Source of the DNA: a virus
Length of the DNA stretch: 43,045 nucleotides
IMG/VR virus record: IMGVR_UViG_3300046739_000127
Direction: 5' to 3' (one strand)
The translations under genes were made by a program, and so were the position numbers. The first letter of the stretch is position 1; each line of letters starts with the position of its first letter. Under the pieces are notes generated by a model. That model made no database searches and was not told the origin of the DNA. It worked only from the letters and a program-made list of their open reading frames with translations. This document shows, piece after piece, positions 27,740 to 36,160 of the stretch.

Positions 27740-29979
27740 GCGAGGCCCACGGCCCCCAGTTCGACGCGCAGGCGTCGCCGTCCGAAGGCTATAAGCCCGG
27801 CGTCGATAGCGCCCGCGAAGAAGAACTGCTGAGCCGCTTCGCCGAGTGGGACAAGCACCTGCTGTCGAAGTGGTCGCAGTGGCGCGAGGAAACCAAGCAG
27901 GCCTACGACTTCGCCGCAGGCCACCAGTGGGACCCGAAGGACCGGGCCGCCATGGAGGAAAACCAGAAGATTCCGGTGGTCTTCAACATCACCGCGCCGA
28001 CCCTCGATGCGGTCGCCGGGGCTGAGATTCAGAACCGGCAGGAGGTCCGCTACTACCCGAGGACCCAGGACAAGACCGGCGTCGCCGACGTGCTGTCACA
28101 GGCCGCCGACTACATCAACGATGAGTGCGACGGCGATCAGGAGGATTCCGAGGCCTTCTACGACTGCCTGATCTGCGGTGTCGGCTGGACCTACACCGGG
28201 CCGGAAATCGACGGTGACCGGCTGTCGATCTTCAAAGGCCGGGTCGATCCGCTCGAAATCATGGCCGACGCCAGCGCTCGCAAGCCGAACTTCGATGATG
28301 GTCGTTACCTGAAACGCGAATGGCCGATGAGCCGCGACGATTTCGAGGACTTCGCCGCCAGCATCGGTCGCCCTGACGCTTCGCCGGATGGCTTTTCCGA
28401 CCTCGATTCCGGCAAGCGGGTGACAATCGTCAACCCGCAGCTTCGCTACACACATGGGATGCTCGGGCCGGGCAATGGCGCCGATGAGGTCGTGGTCTGC
28501 GAATGGCAGTGGTGGGAGAAGGCCCCACGGTTCCTGGCGGCCCTGCCGCACCCGACCCAGCCCGGCGTCGTGCAACTGGCGAAGCTGAGCCCAGACCAGC
28601 ACGCCCAAGCGCTCAAGTTGAAGCCTGACCTCCCGTCGCAGCCGACCACCGAAAAGGTCTTCTACCGGGCGTTCACCGCCGATGACACGGTGCTGTTCGA
28701 AGAAGAACTGCCCGAGAAAATGTTCCGCTACCGGGCGATCACCGGCAAGCGCGACCGCAACGCCGGGACGTGGTTCGGGCTGGTCCGGCCGATGCTCGAC
28801 CCGCAGCGGTTCATGAACAAGCTCTACTCGGAAATCCTGCATATCGTCCGCACCAACGCGAACGGCGGCCTGATGCTGGAAGAAGATGCGGTCGCCGATA
28901 TCCGCAAGTTCGAATCCACCTGGGCGGCGGCCGACAAGATCACTTGGATGAAGCCCGGCGCCCTGTCGAACGCGCAGGGGTCGAAGGTGCTGCCGAAGCC
29001 CACGGTCAGCATCAATCCGAGCCTGTTTCAGATCATGGAATTTGCGCGGGACATGGTGAAGGCCTGTACCGGCGTAAATGAGGAAATCCTTGGGATCGTC
29101 GGCCGCGAGCAGCCGGGGGTCCTAGAGCAGCAGCGCAAACAGGCCGCTTACGGCATTCTGTCGGCCTTCTTCGACGCCAAGCGCCGCTACCAGCGCGAGC
29201 AGGGCCGCCTGCTGCTGGCCCAGATCAAGGCCTTCCTGCCGGACGACACCCTGGTTCGGATCGTGGACAAGGGGACCGCCATCTACATTCCGGTGGTCCG
29301 CGCGCTGCAAGACTTCGAATATGACGTGGTGGTCGATGAAGCCCCGGCCGGGCCGAACCAGAAGGCGAAGGTCATGGCGGTGCTGGGGCCGCTGCTGCCG
29401 GAAATGTTCGCTTCGGGGATCATCGGGGCCGAGCAGATCGCCGACATGCTGCCGTTCATGGATATCCCGGCCAGCGTCGCCGACGCCCTGGGTCAGGCCA
29501 TCCGCCAGCGGGCGCAGGCCGCCCAGCAGCCGTCGCCGCAGCAGCAGCAGATAGAGCAGGCCCAGAAGATCGCTTTCAGCAAGGAAATGGACAACAAGGA
29601 CGCCGACACCGCCCACAAGCGGGCGCAGGCGGCCAAGGCCGCCGCCGAGGCCCAGACCGCCCCTGCGAAGCTGCAAATGGAGGGCGTCAAGGCCGTCGCT
29701 GGCGTCCAATCGACCCGCGCCGAACTTCAGATGCAGCGCGAGGCGCACGGTCAGGACATGCAGCAGAAGGGCGCCGCCGCCGTCGCCAAGCTGGTTCAGG
29801 GCCAGCAGGCGCACCGGTTGAAGCTCGCCCAGTCGGCCGACCAGCACGATCAGCAGGCCCAGCAGGCGCAGCAGGTTCACGCCGCCAAGCTGAGCCGGAT
29901 GCAGCAGGAGCAGGTTCAGCGCGGCCTCGCCGATGAGGCTGAGCAGCCGGGCGACACCGACAGCGAGGCTGGCGAATGA
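27736..29979 (+). CDS. Portal protein (747 aa) with a ~170-aa Q/A-rich helical C-terminal extension
   Basis: The N-terminus (WSQWREETKQAYDFAAGHQWDPKDRAAMEENQKIPVVFNI) is a portal signature. Its size and position before the scaffold and capsid genes fit. The C-terminus reads QQPSPQQQQIEQAQ...QQAQQAQQVHAAKL. Confidence 0.88.
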   Translation: MSEAHGPQFDAQASPSEGYKPGVDSAREEELLSRFAEWDKHLLSKWSQWREETKQAYDFAAGHQWDPKDRAAMEENQKIPVVFNITAPTLDAVAGAEIQNRQEVRYYPRTQDKTGVADVLSQAADYINDECDGDQEDSEAFYDCLICGVGWTYTGPEIDGDRLSIFKGRVDPLEIMADASARKPNFDDGRYLKREWPMSRDDFEDFAASIGRPDASPDGFSDLDSGKRVTIVNPQLRYTHGMLGPGNGADEVVVCEWQWWEKAPRFLAALPHPTQPGVVQLAKLSPDQHAQALKLKPDLPSQPTTEKVFYRAFTADDTVLFEEELPEKMFRYRAITGKRDRNAGTWFGLVRPMLDPQRFMNKLYSEILHIVRTNANGGLMLEEDAVADIRKFESTWAAADKITWMKPGALSNAQGSKVLPKPTVSINPSLFQIMEFARDMVKACTGVNEEILGIVGREQPGVLEQQRKQAAYGILSAFFDAKRRYQREQGRLLLAQIKAFLPDDTLVRIVDKGTAIYIPVVRALQDFEYDVVVDEAPAGPNQKAKVMAVLGPLLPEMFASGIIGAEQIADMLPFMDIPASVADALGQAIRQRAQAAQQPSPQQQQIEQAQKIAFSKEMDNKDADTAHKRAQAAKAAAEAQTAPAKLQMEGVKAVAGVQSTRAELQMQREAHGQDMQQKGAAAVAKLVQGQQAHRLKLAQSADQHDQQAQQAQQVHAAKLSRMQQEQVQRGLADEAEQPGDTDSEAGE

Positions 29980-30287
29980 TCGTTGAAGCGCTGACGACCC
30001 TGCGGCGGCAGGCCGATCTTGTGTCGGCCGAGGTCCGCATCACCGACCGGCGCCTTGAGAAGGCGACGCCGGGGACCGACCCCTATCGGGCGCTGCTGCT
30101 GCGCCGCGACATTCTCAAGGGCAAGCTCGGCGAACTCGCCGAGGGCATACGGAGGCTTGAGGGCCGTGACCCCCAGCGAGGCCAGACGGCGACAGAAGCT
30201 CTACCAGTGGGCGCGGCGACGGTGGGGGCTGAAGCACCCGCTGGCGAACCCGGCGCCCTGGAAACAGGAGTGACGCATCATGAGTGA
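29976..30287 (+). CDS. 103-aa coiled-coil protein
   Basis: ORF track. ATGA overlap with the portal gene. Confidence 0.55.
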   Translation: MIVEALTTLRRQADLVSAEVRITDRRLEKATPGTDPYRALLLRRDILKGKLGELAEGIRRLEGRDPQRGQTATEALPVGAATVGAEAPAGEPGALETGVTHHE

Positions 30288-31149
30288 AGCCGAAGTCAGA
30301 CCGGACCCCGAAACCGAAACCCCGGAAGGCGAGGACGCCGAAACCGAGGCCGAAGAACAGGAATCCGAGGGCGAGGAAGGCGAGGAAGACGGCGAGGATG
30401 AGGCGGCGGCGCGGGTCAAACGCGCCGAGGCTCAGGCCCACGACAAGGCCGGGCTCGCCGCCAAGGAACGGTCGAAGCGCCGCGCCGCCGAACGCCAGTT
30501 CAGCGAGCTTCAGCAGCGCTTCGAAGCGCTCGAATCCAAGGTCAGCGGCGGCGAGCGTGACGAACTGTCCGATCTGATCGCCAGCCTTCGCGACGATGAC
30601 GACGAACCGATCACCGACCTCAACCAGATCAAGCGCGTCCTGAAGACCTTCATGAAGCAGCAGGCCGACGACGCCAAGGCGTCGGGCCAGCGCCAGCAGC
30701 ATGTCAAGCAGACCAATGTCCTGCTATCGACCATGGACGCCTACGAGAAGGATTTCGTCGCCGAGGCCCCCGACTACTACAAGGCCGCTGACTACGTTCG
30801 CGACCAGCGGCGGGCCGAGCTTGAAGACCTGGGCTACGTCGGCCGGAAGTTGGAAGAAAAGCTTGCCGACGAACTGTTCGGCATGACCCGCGACATGATC
30901 GCGGCCGGGCAGGACCCGGCTGAACGGGTCTACGCGCTGGCGAAGCGCCGGGGGTTCAAGGCCGGGGAGAAGGCCACCACCGACAAGCTGAAGAAGCTGG
31001 CGGCCGGGGCCGCTGCGTCGAACGGCACGGCCACGGCGCGCGGCAAGGGGCCTGACAACGGCCTCACCTGGGGGGCGGTCGCCAAGCTTAAGGGCGCGGC
31101 GCGGGACGCGGCGTTCGCGAAGCTGCGGCAACGTGAACGGGGTCACTGA
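30280..31149 (+). CDS. Scaffolding protein (289 aa)
   Basis: Very acidic N-terminus (EGEDAETEAEEQESEGEEGEEDGEDE) followed by a helical body. Lies between the portal and capsid genes. Confidence 0.75.
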   Translation: MSEAEVRPDPETETPEGEDAETEAEEQESEGEEGEEDGEDEAAARVKRAEAQAHDKAGLAAKERSKRRAAERQFSELQQRFEALESKVSGGERDELSDLIASLRDDDDEPITDLNQIKRVLKTFMKQQADDAKASGQRQQHVKQTNVLLSTMDAYEKDFVAEAPDYYKAADYVRDQRRAELEDLGYVGRKLEEKLADELFGMTRDMIAAGQDPAERVYALAKRRGFKAGEKATTDKLKKLAAGAAASNGTATARGKGPDNGLTWGAVAKLKGAARDAAFAKLRQRERGH

Positions 31150-31283
31150 CCTTGGCCGAGGCCGGGAACGCCGCTATATCGGCGCTGTCGGTGACTTGAG
31201 CATCCTGACAGAGCCCGTCAGCCGAGCGCGTCTCCCTCCCGTGGGTAGCAGCGTTCCGGCTGGCGGGCCGATCCGGTCGCCCC

Positions 31284-31466
31284 ATGAACACGATCCCCTG
31301 CGGCCACTGCGCCTTCTGGCGAGGCCCTGTCGAAACCCAGGATCAGGCGGCCCGGCCGCTTGGCTACTGCGATGCTTTCGCGACCTTCCGATTCCAGACT
31401 GAAACAGTAGAGGAATGCACGCGGGCTCTTGACGGGAGCCCGCAACAGGCTTCCGACGCGAACTAA
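31284..31466 (+). CDS. Possible 60-aa Cys-motif protein
   Basis: ORF track. CGHCAFW...GYC resembles the N-terminus of the 12729 protein (CDACRFY...GHC). No clear SD. GC3 falls in the 3' half. Confidence 0.4.
   Translation: MNTIPCGHCAFWRGPVETQDQAARPLGYCDAFATFRFQTETVEECTRALDGSPQQASDAN
31429..31453 (+). promoter_or_regulatory. Late-element copy a: TTGAC-N8-GCAACAGGCTTC
   Basis: The TTGAC lies in the 7-nt loop of an 8-bp hairpin, GCGGGCTC/GAGCCCGC (31421-43). About 140 nt before the capsid ATG. Confidence 0.5.
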
Positions 31467-31556
31467 GCCCGCGTGGGCTCTTAACCACGCTTCGGCCGGT
31501 CCCCGGTAACGGACCAGCGCCCAAGGGCGCCCCGGCAGCTTCCACGGCACGGAAGC
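31466..31556 (+). promoter_or_regulatory. Structured leader upstream of the capsid gene (several short GC hairpins)
   Basis: AGCCC-gcgt-GGGCT (31466-79), GGTCC-N8-GGACC (31498-515), GCTTCC-acggcac-GGAAGC (31538-56). Confidence 0.4.
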
Positions 31557-31590
31557 GGAACCCCCATCCGCTCAGCCGTGGACCCCTCAA

Positions 31591-32646
31591 ATGGCCGAAA
31601 CCGCCTATGGCGTGAACGCACCCGAAGCGAAGAAGCTCTGGTCGTCACAACTCGCTCGCGAAGCCCTCAAAGCGACGTGGATTCAGCGCTTTATCGGCGA
31701 CTCGTCCGACGACATTCTGCAAACCTTCGATGACACGAAGAAGGACAGCGGGGACCGCGTTCGTGTCACCCTGCGGATGCAGTTGACCGGCGATGGGGTG
31801 TCTGGCGACGCCACGCTTGAGGGCAATGAAGAAGCCCTCGCGACCTACACCGATGACCTGTTCATCGACCAGCTACGCCATGCCGTGAAGTCGGCGGGCA
31901 AGATGACCGAGCAGCGCATTCCGTGGTCGATCCGCGAAGAAGCGATGCTCGGCCTGAAGGATTGGTGGGCGGGCCGCATGGATACGGCCTTCTTCAACCA
32001 AATGTGCGGCTACACGGTGGTCGTGGACCCGCGCTACACCGGCATGAACCCGCCGATTGCCACCGACGCCGCACACGTCTTCCGGCCGAACGCCAAGGCG
32101 AACGATCAGACCTTGGCGGCGGGTGACGAGTTCACCCTAGCGATCATCGACTCGCTGGTGGCGCAGGCCAAGCTGATGACCCCGGTCATCCGGCCTATCA
32201 AGATCGACGGCGACGACCGCTACGCGATGGTGCTGCACACGAACCAAGTGACGCAGCTTCGGACCAATGTCGGGACGGGCCAATGGCTTGATATCCAGAA
32301 GGCCGCGATGACCGGCGACGGGTCTAGTGGCAACCCGATCATGACCGGCGCGCTCGGCATGTATAACGGCGTTGTCCTGCACGAAAGCACGCGCATCACG
32401 GCCGGGGTCAACGCGGGGACCGGTGCGACTGTCGCGGGCGTTCGCCGCGCTGTCTTGCTGGGCGCGCAGGCCGGGGTCATTGCCTTCGGCAAAGGACAGT
32501 CGTTCAACAACTTCGACTGGAATGAGGAGTTATTCGACTATGGAAACAAACTTGGCGTCGAGGCCGGGCTTATCCATGGTCTGAAGAAGCTTCGCTTCAA
32601 TAACGCGGACTTCGGGACGCTGGTCGCCCCGACGTTCACGCCGTAA
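31591..32646 (+). CDS. Major capsid protein (351 aa, HK97 fold; N4 gp56-like family by remembered signature)
   Basis: AKKLWSSQLAREALKATWIQRFIG...GDRVRVTLRMQLTGDGVSGDATLEGNEEAL...IDQLRHAV. Lies after the scaffold gene. Confidence 0.9.
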   Translation: MAETAYGVNAPEAKKLWSSQLAREALKATWIQRFIGDSSDDILQTFDDTKKDSGDRVRVTLRMQLTGDGVSGDATLEGNEEALATYTDDLFIDQLRHAVKSAGKMTEQRIPWSIREEAMLGLKDWWAGRMDTAFFNQMCGYTVVVDPRYTGMNPPIATDAAHVFRPNAKANDQTLAAGDEFTLAIIDSLVAQAKLMTPVIRPIKIDGDDRYAMVLHTNQVTQLRTNVGTGQWLDIQKAAMTGDGSSGNPIMTGALGMYNGVVLHESTRITAGVNAGTGATVAGVRRAVLLGAQAGVIAFGKGQSFNNFDWNEELFDYGNKLGVEAGLIHGLKKLRFNNADFGTLVAPTFTP

Positions 32647-32657
32647 GGGGCGTTCCT

Positions 32658-33038
32658 ATGCCTGCTGGGCGGAAAACACATTTTCCTTTCCTGCACGAAA
32701 TCTCAGTGCAGATCGGGCCGAACTCTGGGGCCGGTGGTCTGATCGGGGTTCTCCCGGCCGGGTCGATCATGGGGAATATCCACAACGTCATTTCGCAGGC
32801 GTTCAACTCGACCACGAACACCGGGGGCGTGGGGACACTGCCGCCGCCCAGTGGCGCCAATCTTCAGGGCGGGATCGACCTCACGGTGCCCATCCGTTCG
32901 GACAACCTCATGCCTGCCGGGGTGTGCGGCCCGCTCGGCGTCGATACGCCGATTTATTGGACGGCGGCTTTCACCGGCCCAGCGCCGACCCAGGGTGTCT
33001 GGACGGTCTGGATCGACTTCCTGCCCGGCGCTGGATAG
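32658..33038 (+). CDS. 126-aa small virion-associated protein, paralogue A
   Basis: MPAGRKTH...HEIS...GVLPAGS...GPLGVDTPIYWT..TGPAPTQGVWTVWIDFLPGAG. Roughly 40-45 percent identity by eye to the next ORF. Confidence 0.75.
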   Translation: MPAGRKTHFPFLHEISVQIGPNSGAGGLIGVLPAGSIMGNIHNVISQAFNSTTNTGGVGTLPPPSGANLQGGIDLTVPIRSDNLMPAGVCGPLGVDTPIYWTAAFTGPAPTQGVWTVWIDFLPGAG

Positions 33039-33050
33039 CGGAGAAAACCC

Positions 33051-33425
33051 ATGCCGACAGGCGGCCGTAAAACTCACCTTCAAGTCATTCACGAAATCAG
33101 CCAGCAGTTCGGCTTTGGACAGGTCGCGGGCGTCGTCGGCGTCCTTCCGGCCGGGGCGATCCTGAACCTCACGCACCTGCTGGTTTCGCAGGCCTGGAAC
33201 GGAACCACCAACACGATAGCGGTTGGGACCACGCCGGGCGGCGCGCAACTACTGGCTGCGACCGACCTCAAGACGCTGGCGCGCACCGATACGGCTGCGC
33301 CCATCGCGGCGATGGGGCCGTTCGGGGTGGATACGCCGATCTACGGGACCATTGCGGGGACTGGCCCGGCCCCGACGCAGGGCGTGGCGACTGTCTGGCT
33401 GGATTACCTGCCGGGGCCTGGATAG
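33051..33425 (+). CDS. 124-aa small virion-associated protein, paralogue B
   Basis: MPTGGRKTH...HEIS...GVLPAGA...GPFGVDTPIYGT..TGPAPTQGVATVWLDYLPGPG. Confidence 0.75.
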   Translation: MPTGGRKTHLQVIHEISQQFGFGQVAGVVGVLPAGAILNLTHLLVSQAWNGTTNTIAVGTTPGGAQLLAATDLKTLARTDTAAPIAAMGPFGVDTPIYGTIAGTGPAPTQGVATVWLDYLPGPG

Positions 33426-33432
33426 GGGCGTT

Positions 33433-33753
33433 GTGGCCTATCCCCAGCAGCCCGGTCAGCAGGGTCTTCTGAGCCCGTTGCTCACGTCCCTGATCGCGCA
33501 GGGGCAGAAGTCGATCATGCCCGCTGAGGCCTACGACATTTCCCATCTTGCGGGTGGTGGCGCTGGCGCTCCGGCGCCGCAGCGACCCGCGCCCGCCCCT
33601 ATGCCGTCGCCCGCCGACGTGATGGCCCCCGGCTATGGGGCGCCGGTGTCACAGGCGCCTATGGGCCTCGGCGGCAGGCAGGGCTTCCTGAACAATCTGC
33701 TGCCGCCTGGGATGGGCCAGCCGAACCCCGACGACTTGGCCGGGCTCTACTAG
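33433..33753 (+). CDS. ~106-aa Pro/Gly/Ala-rich protein
   Basis: Frame of ORF 33223..33753. The part upstream of GTG 33433 overlaps paralogue B and was rejected. The start is uncertain. Confidence 0.45.
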   Translation: MAYPQQPGQQGLLSPLLTSLIAQGQKSIMPAEAYDISHLAGGGAGAPAPQRPAPAPMPSPADVMAPGYGAPVSQAPMGLGGRQGFLNNLLPPGMGQPNPDDLAGLY

Positions 33754-33763
33754 GCGGTGGCGT

Positions 33764-34399
33764 ATGGCGACGCTTGGCGACTTGAAAGCAAGGATCATCA
33801 GCGAGACGACGCGCGACGACCTCGCCGATGATCTGGCTGCACAATTTCAAAACGTCATCGCGCAGGCCATAGACCAGTATGCGGCCGAACGCTGGTGGTT
33901 CAATGAAAGTCGCCAGTTGGTTCTGACGACGCCGGGTCAACCGACAATACCATGGCCGACCGGAGCCCGCATCATCGACGGCCTTTACCTTGAGCAAAAC
34001 AACGGAAACACGCGATGGCCGCTCACCGCCCGGTCAATAGACGAGTTCGAACGGTTCATGCAGCCGAACGTCCGGGGGCAGCCCACGGATTACTTGGTCA
34101 AAGGTCTGCTGGTCTACCTGTTCCCAACGCCCAACGCGGCCTACTCGCTGGCTTGGGACCTTCTAATCGACGTGGCCCCGCCGCTGCTGGCGGACACCGA
34201 CCAGAACTTTTGGACGAACCAGGGCCAAGACCTCATCGTCGCCCAATCTAAGATCAGGCTCTATCGCGACTACTTGTCGGCCGTGGCGACCGATCCTCGG
34301 CTGCTGGGAACCCAGATGCAGGAGCAGGCCGCCTATTCGCGCCTTCGCGCCGAAAGCACGCGCCGCACTGCGACGGGAAGGCTGCAACCCGCATGGTGA
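33764..34399 (+). CDS. 211-aa structural protein, putative head-tail adaptor
   Basis: ORF track. First gene of the tail block after the head genes. The function is inferred from position only. Confidence 0.7.
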   Translation: MATLGDLKARIISETTRDDLADDLAAQFQNVIAQAIDQYAAERWWFNESRQLVLTTPGQPTIPWPTGARIIDGLYLEQNNGNTRWPLTARSIDEFERFMQPNVRGQPTDYLVKGLLVYLFPTPNAAYSLAWDLLIDVAPPLLADTDQNFWTNQGQDLIVAQSKIRLYRDYLSAVATDPRLLGTQMQEQAAYSRLRAESTRRTATGRLQPAW

Positions 34400-34653
34400 T
34401 CCGCCGCGCCCCGTCGCAGAACCTTTTAGAGCCTGACGCGCCGTCCTGGGCGCATCGGTTCTCGCTGCGGATACAGGCTTATTTCAAGCTGGTGCATCCG
34501 ATTGAGCCTGCCGAGATTTTCGCGGCGAACAAGGCCGAGCTTCCGTCGCCCGCCGACTGGCGCGGCTGTTTCGCCGTCGTGCCGGATCAGCACGCGCTGG
34601 TGGTTTCGGACGGGGTGAACTGGCTGACGATCCCGCTGGGAGGGCCTGTCTGA
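34393..34653 (+). CDS. 86-aa hypothetical structural-module protein
   Basis: ORF track. Overlapping junctions. Confidence 0.6.
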   Translation: MVIRRAPSQNLLEPDAPSWAHRFSLRIQAYFKLVHPIEPAEIFAANKAELPSPADWRGCFAVVPDQHALVVSDGVNWLTIPLGGPV

Positions 34654-35303
34654 TGCCTTCGAACTGGACTGCTTCAGCCCGGTTCGTCCTTCAGGCGACC
34701 GGCGAAAACAACAACACCTGGGGCGTGATCCTCAACCAGGGCGCTTTCCAACTGATAGACGACAACATCAACGGCCGCCTGCCGTTCGTGCTGTCGGGGA
34801 TCAAGGTTCTGACCACCGCCAACGGCGCCCCGGATGAGGCGCGTATGGCCTTCCTCGACGTGACCGGTGGGACGGGCGGGACGGTGACTATTCCCCCGGT
34901 GCCCAAGGGTTACTTCGTCCGCAATAACGCCGCTGGTCAGGTGTCGATTTCGCAGGGCGGCGCGATCACTGGGGTTTTTCAGACTGGCGACATGGGGCCG
35001 GTGTTTGCGGATGGCGCCGGATCGGTGTTCCAAATCTACTTGTCGAACAAGACGCTTCGCCAGTTCATCGCGGACGGCGATCAGGCGGCTATCGACTACA
35101 TCAACGCCGCGATTTCGGCCGGGACGGCGCTTTTGCCGCCGTCTGCCGGTCAGAACGGGAAGGCGCTCATGGTCCGCATGATCGGAGCGCCGCCTGTTGA
35201 GGCGTGGCAACCGGATTTCATCGGCACGGCGGACGTGATCGGGCTGTCGGCGGCCCTGGTTAACACCCTGGGGCAAGCCATCGCCTTTGCAGTGTCGCTC
35301 TAG
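34653..35303 (+). CDS. 216-aa tail-fibre-like protein
   Basis: GENNNTWGVILNQGAFQLIDDNINGRL at the N-terminus and LPPSAGQNGKALMV...W later resemble conserved fibre modules (from memory). Confidence 0.65.
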   Translation: MPSNWTASARFVLQATGENNNTWGVILNQGAFQLIDDNINGRLPFVLSGIKVLTTANGAPDEARMAFLDVTGGTGGTVTIPPVPKGYFVRNNAAGQVSISQGGAITGVFQTGDMGPVFADGAGSVFQIYLSNKTLRQFIADGDQAAIDYINAAISAGTALLPPSAGQNGKALMVRMIGAPPVEAWQPDFIGTADVIGLSAALVNTLGQAIAFAVSL

Positions 35304-35313
35304 GAGGGCGGGG

Positions 35314-36159
35314 ATGGCGGTCGCACCGAACAAAATCGTCACGCCTCAGGCGATCATCACCGGCACCGGGACCACGTTCGGGCCGATCCCGGCGAACGCC
35401 AATTACGACGTGCCCACCTCCACGGCGCCGGTGCTGGCGGCCCGCGCTGGGGGCGCGCGGCTGACGCGGGTGTGGGCGTGCCTGGGGAGCGGCGCGCGGG
35501 TGGCTTCCGACTGCCAGCTTTACGGGGTCAAGGCCGGGGTGTTCCGGCTGCTGCGGGTGCTGGCCGTGCCGCTGCTGAACGTGCCCGCGAACAACGTCCT
35601 GGCGATTGACCCGCTGGACTTCGGCTTCAGCGATTCCTTCCCGCTGTTCCTGGCCCCCGGCGAGGCGCTGGCGATGGCGGTTTCGGTGGCGCAGGCCGCC
35701 CTGCTCGTCCGCGCCGAAGGCGGCGCCTATTGGGATGCGACCATGCCCACGCCCGCTCAGTCCAACTCGATCATCACGCCGCAGGCCCCGATCACTGGGG
35801 CCTGCAAGCTCGGCGCCGCTGGGGTGGGCGACTACACCACGCCGGGTAACACCGTGGCTCTGCTGGCGGGCCAGCCGAACGGGGCGCGGATCACGAAAAT
35901 TCAGGCGGTCCCGGCGGCGACCACGGTGACTTCGGATTGCGAGCTTTACGCCTTCGACGGGGTGAACAACCGGCATATCCGCTCCATCGCCGTGCCGGTG
36001 GTGGCGATTGCCGCTGGGAACCTCGCGGCGATCCCGCCGCTGGACTTCGGCTTCAGCGAAGCAAACCCGCTCTACCTTGGCCCGAACGAGGGCCTGAACG
36101 TCGCGGTGTCGAAGGCGCAGACGGCGCTGGTGGTGCGCTGCGAAGGCGGCGCCTACTGA
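35314..36159 (+). CDS. 281-aa structural protein built from two tandem homologous ~135-aa domains
   Basis: Start ATG 35314 after AGGAGGG. Both halves carry ITPQA.ITG...GAR(L/I)T...SDC(Q/E)LY...AI.PLDFGFS...AVS.AQ.AL.VR.EGGAY. Confidence 0.75.
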   Translation: MAVAPNKIVTPQAIITGTGTTFGPIPANANYDVPTSTAPVLAARAGGARLTRVWACLGSGARVASDCQLYGVKAGVFRLLRVLAVPLLNVPANNVLAIDPLDFGFSDSFPLFLAPGEALAMAVSVAQAALLVRAEGGAYWDATMPTPAQSNSIITPQAPITGACKLGAAGVGDYTTPGNTVALLAGQPNGARITKIQAVPAATTVTSDCELYAFDGVNNRHIRSIAVPVVAIAAGNLAAIPPLDFGFSEANPLYLGPNEGLNVAVSKAQTALVVRCEGGAY

Positions 36160-36160
36160 G

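Noticed and set aside
28096-29880. Minus-strand ORFs 28096..28842 and 29122..29880 inside the portal gene
   Set aside because: They are antisense to a confidently recognised portal and have low-complexity Leu/Arg/Gly composition.
31197-31205. Orphan GGATGCTCA (minus sense) in the scaffold-capsid gap
   Set aside because: No start codon or plausible minus-strand gene follows it. One chance occurrence of a 9-mer is not surprising, since about 0.3 are expected.
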